DNA of 64,000 nucleotides from Candidatus Bathyarchaeota archaeon (GTDB lineage Archaea; Thermoproteota; Bathyarchaeia; Bathyarchaeales; Bathycorpusculaceae): NCBI GenBank assembly GCA_963782525.1, contig CAWAKC010000006.1, positions 1 to 64,000 of the forward strand, read 5' to 3'. Shown piece by piece: positions 59,549 to 64,000 of this stretch (position 1 is its first letter; each line of letters starts with the position of its first letter). The notes under the pieces were generated by a model. It saw only the letters and a program-made list of their open reading frames with translations, ran no database searches and was not told where the DNA came from. The position numbers and the translations under genes were made by a program.

Positions 59549-60850
59549 TTACGGTTTGGCTGATGCTTTGAGGGCTTGGTCTATGTCGGCGATTATGTCT
59601 TCCGGGTCTTCTAAGCCAATTGACAGCCTAATGAAATCAGGTGTCACTCCGGTTGTTGCCTGCTCCTGTGGAGTCAACTGTTGATGGGTAGTGGATGCTG
59701 GGTGAATGACTAAGCTTTTGGCGTCGCCAATGTTTGCTAAGTGTGAGAGCAACTTTACTGATTCGATGAATTTCTTGCCTGAGCTTAAGCCGCCTTTTAT
59801 GCCGAAGCCCACTAATCCGCCGTAGTATTTTTTGAGGTATTTTGAGGCAACTTTGTGGTTGGGGTTGTCGGTTAAGCCTGGATAGTTTACCCAGCTGACC
59901 GAGGGATTATTCTTTAGATATTGGGCAACTTGTAGGGCGTTTTCGGAGTGTCTGCGTTGTCTTAGCGGCAAATCTTCCAAACCTTGAAGGAATAGGAAGG
60001 AATTGAATGGACTCAATGTTGGTCCCAAGTCGCGTAGGAGCTGGACTCGAGCTTTGAATATGACTGCGACATTTCCTAATTCTGGGAAGTTTCCAAAGGC
60101 ATCCCAATATTTGATTCCATGATAGCTTGGGTCTGGCTCGGTAAATTCTGGGTATTTGCCGTTGTTCCATTTGAATTTGCCAGAGTCAACTATTATTCCG
60201 CCGATGCTGGTTCCGTGTCCACCTATGTATTTGGTGGCTGAGGTAACTAGGAGGTCTGCGCCGTAATCGATTGGTTTCACCAAGCCTACGCCGACTGTAT
60301 TGTCTACTACTAATGGTACGCCTGCCTCGTGAGCTATTTTTGCTAATGCTTCAAAGTCTGGTACATCGAGCTTGGGGTTGCCTATGGTTTCCGCGTAGAT
60401 AGCACGGGTTTTGGGTGTGATTGCTTTTTTGAACTCGTTGGGTTTCTGGGAGTCGACGAATGTGGTTTTTCTGGCAAATTTGGGGAAGGTGTAGTGGAGT
60501 AGGCTGTAGGTTCCGCCGTAGAGGTTGTTTGCCGCGACAATTTCGTCCCCGACTTGGGTTATTGTGAGTAGTGCAAGAGATATCGCTGCTTGTCCTGATG
60601 CTACGGCTAAGGCGCCTGTTCCGCCTTCGATTGCTGCGACTCTTTTTTCGAAGACGTCAGTTGTGGGGTTCATCATTCTGGTGTAAATATTTCCTATTTC
60701 TTTTAGAGCAAACAAGTTTGCTGCATGCTCTGTGCTTTTGAACACGAATGAGCTTGTTTGGTAGATTGGGACGGCTCTCGATCCTGTTGTCGGATCAGGA
60801 GTTTCTTGCCCCGCGTGGAGAGCGATTGTGTCTATTTTTTTGTTTGGCAT
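59549..60850 (-). CDS. metY: O-acetylhomoserine sulfhydrylase
   Basis: [43 protein letters not shown]. Confidence 0.93.
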   Translation of the reverse strand: MPNKKIDTIALHAGQETPDPTTGSRAVPIYQTSSFVFKSTEHAANLFALKEIGNIYTRMMNPTTDVFEKRVAAIEGGTGALAVASGQAAISLALLTITQVGDEIVAANNLYGGTYSLLHYTFPKFARKTTFVDSQKPNEFKKAITPKTRAIYAETIGNPKLDVPDFEALAKIAHEAGVPLVVDNTVGVGLVKPIDYGADLLVTSATKYIGGHGTSIGGIIVDSGKFKWNNGKYPEFTEPDPSYHGIKYWDAFGNFPELGNVAVIFKARVQLLRDLGPTLSPFNSFLFLQGLEDLPLRQRRHSENALQVAQYLKNNPSVSWVNYPGLTDNPNHKVASKYLKKYYGGLVGFGIKGGLSSGKKFIESVKLLSHLANIGDAKSLVIHPASTTHQQLTPQEQATTGVTPDFIRLSIGLEDPEDIIADIDQALKASAKP

Positions 60851-60901
60851 TTTTTGGTTGCCTCTTCTCTGGTTGATACAGAAATACCATAACGGCGTTA
60901 T

Positions 60902-60944
60902 ATGGGTTCTTGCAAAAAATATTCCAAAAAGAATATTAACCCAT
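60902..60944. promoter_or_regulatory. Inverted repeats in the divergent metY / HTH-CBS intergenic region (candidate operator)
   Basis: AATATTC-N6-GAATATT (60918-60937) flanked by ATGGGTT and AACCCAT. Confidence 0.45.
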
Positions 60945-60962
60945 CAAAACCATCACTAAACC

Positions 60963-61517
60963 ATGTTCCCCAAAATAGAAGACATTGCTAAACGCCGAAA
61001 ACAGCTAGGCATAAAACAATCAGAACTCGCCAAAGCCGCAGGCGTTAGCCAATCCCTAATCGCCAAACTCGAAGCAGGAACCATCGACTCCTCCTACACC
61101 AAAGTAAAAACCATATTCGACGTGCTCGAACGCTTAGAATTCAAAACCAAAATTCAAGCAGAAAAAATCCTCCACAATGACGTTCTCAGCATCCAAAAAG
61201 ACCAGGCAATTTCAGAAGTTGTAAAAATAATGAAAGATCACAGTTACTCACAGTTACCCGTCTTTAACGGAAAACAATCAGTGGGAAGCATTTCGGAGAA
61301 AGCAATTCTACGCCAGATTCTTTCGGGAAAAGACTTCGAAGAAATCTCCAAATTACCAACCGAAGATATTATGGAAGAAGCGTTCCCCCAAATAAACGAG
61401 GATGCTCCTTTATCGTTGATTACAAGTCTTCTGCAGACTTACTCAGCTGTTTTAGTCTCAAAAAAAGGTGCAGTGATCGGCATTATTACGAAGGCAGACT
61501 TGCTAAGAATGCTTTAA
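60963..61517 (+). CDS. XRE-HTH + tandem CBS transcriptional regulator
   Basis: QSELAKAAGVSQSLIAKLEAG; CBS pair (YSQLPV, GIITKADLL). Confidence 0.9.
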   Translation: MFPKIEDIAKRRKQLGIKQSELAKAAGVSQSLIAKLEAGTIDSSYTKVKTIFDVLERLEFKTKIQAEKILHNDVLSIQKDQAISEVVKIMKDHSYSQLPVFNGKQSVGSISEKAILRQILSGKDFEEISKLPTEDIMEEAFPQINEDAPLSLITSLLQTYSAVLVSKKGAVIGIITKADLLRML

Positions 61518-61734
61518 GCCTATTTTTTTCTTAGCCCCATCACGCGCACTCAAATCAATGTCATGTTGGAGCCACGTACGTCTCTTGGTTGCGCCCCTCT
61601 CTATACAATTCATGTAACCCAGCCAAAAGCGAACAACCATACCCATCGCTTACCCCTCATTAACCTTATAAAAACCACCGTCATAAGCATCTACAATCCA
61701 TATCCAACGGTAAAGGACGAGAGAGGAAAAATTA

Positions 61735-61911
61735 ATGAGTGGTCATGAAGAACCCAAGTTTGAGAGTAGAGAAAGAAAAAACTATCGAATAGACATAGGC
61801 GCCTACGGAAGCATAGGCATTGAAGCCCCAACCAAAGACGAATGCTTAGAACTATTCAAAGAAGTAACAAGGACCAAGCGCTATTCCAGCATAGACGAAG
61901 CCATAAGATAA
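61735..61911 (+). CDS. Small hypothetical protein (58 aa, below track cutoff)
   Basis: GAGAGG then ATG; MSGHEEPKFESRERKNYRIDIGAYGSIGIEAPTKDECLELFKEV... Confidence 0.5.
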   Translation: MSGHEEPKFESRERKNYRIDIGAYGSIGIEAPTKDECLELFKEVTRTKRYSSIDEAIR

Positions 61912-62038
61912 GAAAAGCAATGTTTTTTCAAGATGCCACTGTCTCCAAAAAGAGCCATTTACGACCTGCCCTTAGTGAAAAGCCTACCCTTTTAGGTTTA
62001 TGCATTCATCTCTTAACAGGCTCCAAATAGGTTTCATT

Positions 62039-63487
62039 TTATCCTATTTCTGTTATTGGTTCGTCAGCTTTTTCTGTTTTTTTGGTTCTGCCGCCGATTA
62101 TTGCTGGGACCAGAGCGATAGCGTTTATGATGGCGAAAGCGAAGTACGTGTTTTTGAGGCTGTCAACGAATAGGGTTCTTCCTGCGGCGGGGATGGCTGC
62201 GGGGTTTACGCTACTAATAATTTGGGTTATGAGGTTGTAGGGTGCAGTTAAGGACATTATTAGGACTGTTAGATTGAGGCTGACGGTTAAGCCAATGTTG
62301 AGAAACAGGGTAAAGAGGGCACTGCCGATGCCGTGCCTTTCAACTGGAACGGAACTCATGACTGCCCGCAGGTTTGGCGCTACGAACAATCCAGTGCCGA
62401 CGCCGAGCAACACCATGTAGACACTGAGCGTAAAATAGGGTGTTGCCTGCCCCGTGGTGGAGAAAAGAAACAGCGCAACCGTGCTAATCGTTAAGCCCGT
62501 AAGGATGAATTGGGTTTGCCCATACTTGTCCGCCAACCTGCCGCTTAGTGGCCCAACAGCTAAGAACGCGATTTCAAAAGGCAAAATCCGTAACCCCGCC
62601 TGCAACGGACTTAAGTTATCGACCAATTGAAACTGTAAACTCAACAACAAAAGCACCGCGGTCCAAGTGATGATGTTGAAGAGGAGTGCGAATAATCCGC
62701 CGGAAACTTGCCTTATCCTGAAAACCCGCAGATAAATCAGGGGATACTTTGCTCTTCTCTCGTATCCAACAAAAATTGCAATAAAAACCACTGCGCCTGC
62801 GAGCAAGGCGTAAGAGTAGGTTAGCCCGCTTGTGCCATACGCGCCAAAAGTTAACCCAACCATAAGGCAAAAGAGAAACGCTGTAAACAACCCGAAGCCA
62901 ATCCAGTCGATTCTTCGGTTCGGATCCAAAAGCGCTGTTTCCTTGAGCTGTCGACTAGCCCACAGTGTGCCGAATATGCCAATGGGTATGTTGATGTAAA
63001 AAAGAGCGCGCCAATCCAAAAAAGACAAAATCAAGCCGCTGAGCGTTAAACCTAAAAGTGCGCCGGCGCGGAAAGCAATCTGGTTAATTCCCAAAAACAA
63101 CCCCAGTTGCCGCCTCGGAGCCGCATCCGACAAAATCGCTATACTGTTCGTAAAGACCAATGCTGCGCCGATACCTTGGACTCCTCTAAACAAGATTACT
63201 TCGGTGGGGTCTGTTCCTATGCTGGTTAATGCTGAGCCGACGGTGAAGATGGCGAAGCCGTAAGTGTAGATTTTTACTCTCCCAAAAATGTCGCCTAGTC
63301 TCCCAATCAGCGATAACATGAGAGTGTTAGTTAATACGTAGGCTTGAGTTATCCAAATGGCTTGCTCGATATCTGCGTGGAGTTGCTCGGAGACCTGTGG
63401 CAACCCGATGATGACTATGCGGGTGTCTATGCCTACCATTAAAACGCCGATTGTTGTAACTGTTAACGCTAACCATTTGTACTCCAA
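62039..63487 (-). CDS. MFS transporter (DHA2-like, 14 TM)
   Basis: GRLGDIFGRVKIY motif A, WRALFYINIPIG. Confidence 0.92.
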   Translation of the reverse strand: MEYKWLALTVTTIGVLMVGIDTRIVIIGLPQVSEQLHADIEQAIWITQAYVLTNTLMLSLIGRLGDIFGRVKIYTYGFAIFTVGSALTSIGTDPTEVILFRGVQGIGAALVFTNSIAILSDAAPRRQLGLFLGINQIAFRAGALLGLTLSGLILSFLDWRALFYINIPIGIFGTLWASRQLKETALLDPNRRIDWIGFGLFTAFLFCLMVGLTFGAYGTSGLTYSYALLAGAVVFIAIFVGYERRAKYPLIYLRVFRIRQVSGGLFALLFNIITWTAVLLLLSLQFQLVDNLSPLQAGLRILPFEIAFLAVGPLSGRLADKYGQTQFILTGLTISTVALFLFSTTGQATPYFTLSVYMVLLGVGTGLFVAPNLRAVMSSVPVERHGIGSALFTLFLNIGLTVSLNLTVLIMSLTAPYNLITQIISSVNPAAIPAAGRTLFVDSLKNTYFAFAIINAIALVPAIIGGRTKKTEKADEPITEIG

Positions 63488-63591
63488 AAAAGTAACTCCA
63501 AAAGACGGCGGTAAATCCGCATTTTATTTTATGTTTGCTGAGGTAATTAACTCTTTACTGCAAAAACCAATATCACAAAAAGAAAAGAAAG

Positions 63592-64000
63592 TTAGAGTGC
63601 AGGACGTGTACCCAACGTGAGTGCCACGTCAATCTGGCTGTTTCCTCGAATTACAGTCAGCGTTAAGCTATCGCCTGGCAAGGTGTTTTGTTCGAGGTAG
63701 CTTGCTAAGTCATCGTTGTTCTTGATCGTTTGGCCGTTCATTGCTATGATGACGTCGCCAACTTGAAGTTTCCCATCTGAGGGTCCGCCGCTTTTTATTG
63801 TGGCTATTTGCCAGCCGTAGGTGACGCTTGCATTGGTTTGATGCGCTGTTGTGTAATCCATATCTGTTCCGGTTACGCCCAAATAGGAGTGTCCCTGGTA
63901 TGAACCAGCTGAAATCAAAGCTGACACTTCCCTGAGAATTGTGTCTGAGGGAATGGCGAAGCCTAAGCCCTGAGAATCAGAAACAATTGCTGTCGTTATT
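63592..64000 (-). CDS. HtrA-like serine protease, C-terminal PDZ part (5'-truncated)
   Basis: Frame open to the window edge: ITTAIVSDSQGLGFAIPS...YLGV...GPS..LQVGDVIIAMNG. Confidence 0.85.
   Translation of the reverse strand, partial: ITTAIVSDSQGLGFAIPSDTILREVSALISAGSYQGHSYLGVTGTDMDYTTAHQTNASVTYGWQIATIKSGGPSDGKLQVGDVIIAMNGQTIKNNDDLASYLEQNTLPGDSLTLTVIRGNSQIDVALTLGTRPAL

Noticed and set aside
377-63620. Numerous short antisense or overlapping ORFs in the track
   Set aside because: Shadows of longer motif-bearing genes with no independent evidence

Overview
Archaeal chromosome segment; the gene content suggests Bathyarchaeia, but that is an inference. Positions 1 to ~37.4 kb are the right part of an integrated element ending in a tyrosine integrase that faces the 3' end of tRNA-Pro(GGG) (37367-37445). 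From left to right the element carries: (i) a siphovirus-type tail module with a -1 frameshift tail chaperone; (ii) cargo including a 2H phosphoesterase and a membrane-anchored protein whose motifs follow those of anthrax protective antigen; (iii) a terminase with no adjacent portal, followed by an ABC-ATPase/GNAT fusion; (iv) a ~16 kb defence island. The island has a complete PbeABCD-like effector operon but no dnd phosphorothioation genes. In their place are a radical SAM + zinc-finger DGQHR operon and a MORC/GHKL ATPase + methyltransferase-like pair, which together are the best candidate for an undescribed DNA modification/defence system. The island also holds several nucleases and HhH-fold proteins. 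The remaining ~26 kb is host housekeeping DNA (htpX, trpS, glgP, pyrI, M16 peptidase, ABC transporter, mgtA, metYXW, MFS, HtrA-like) with two candidate structured RNAs. Several single-base frameshifts, mostly in homopolymers, look like assembly errors. All family calls come from motifs read by eye; no database search was run.
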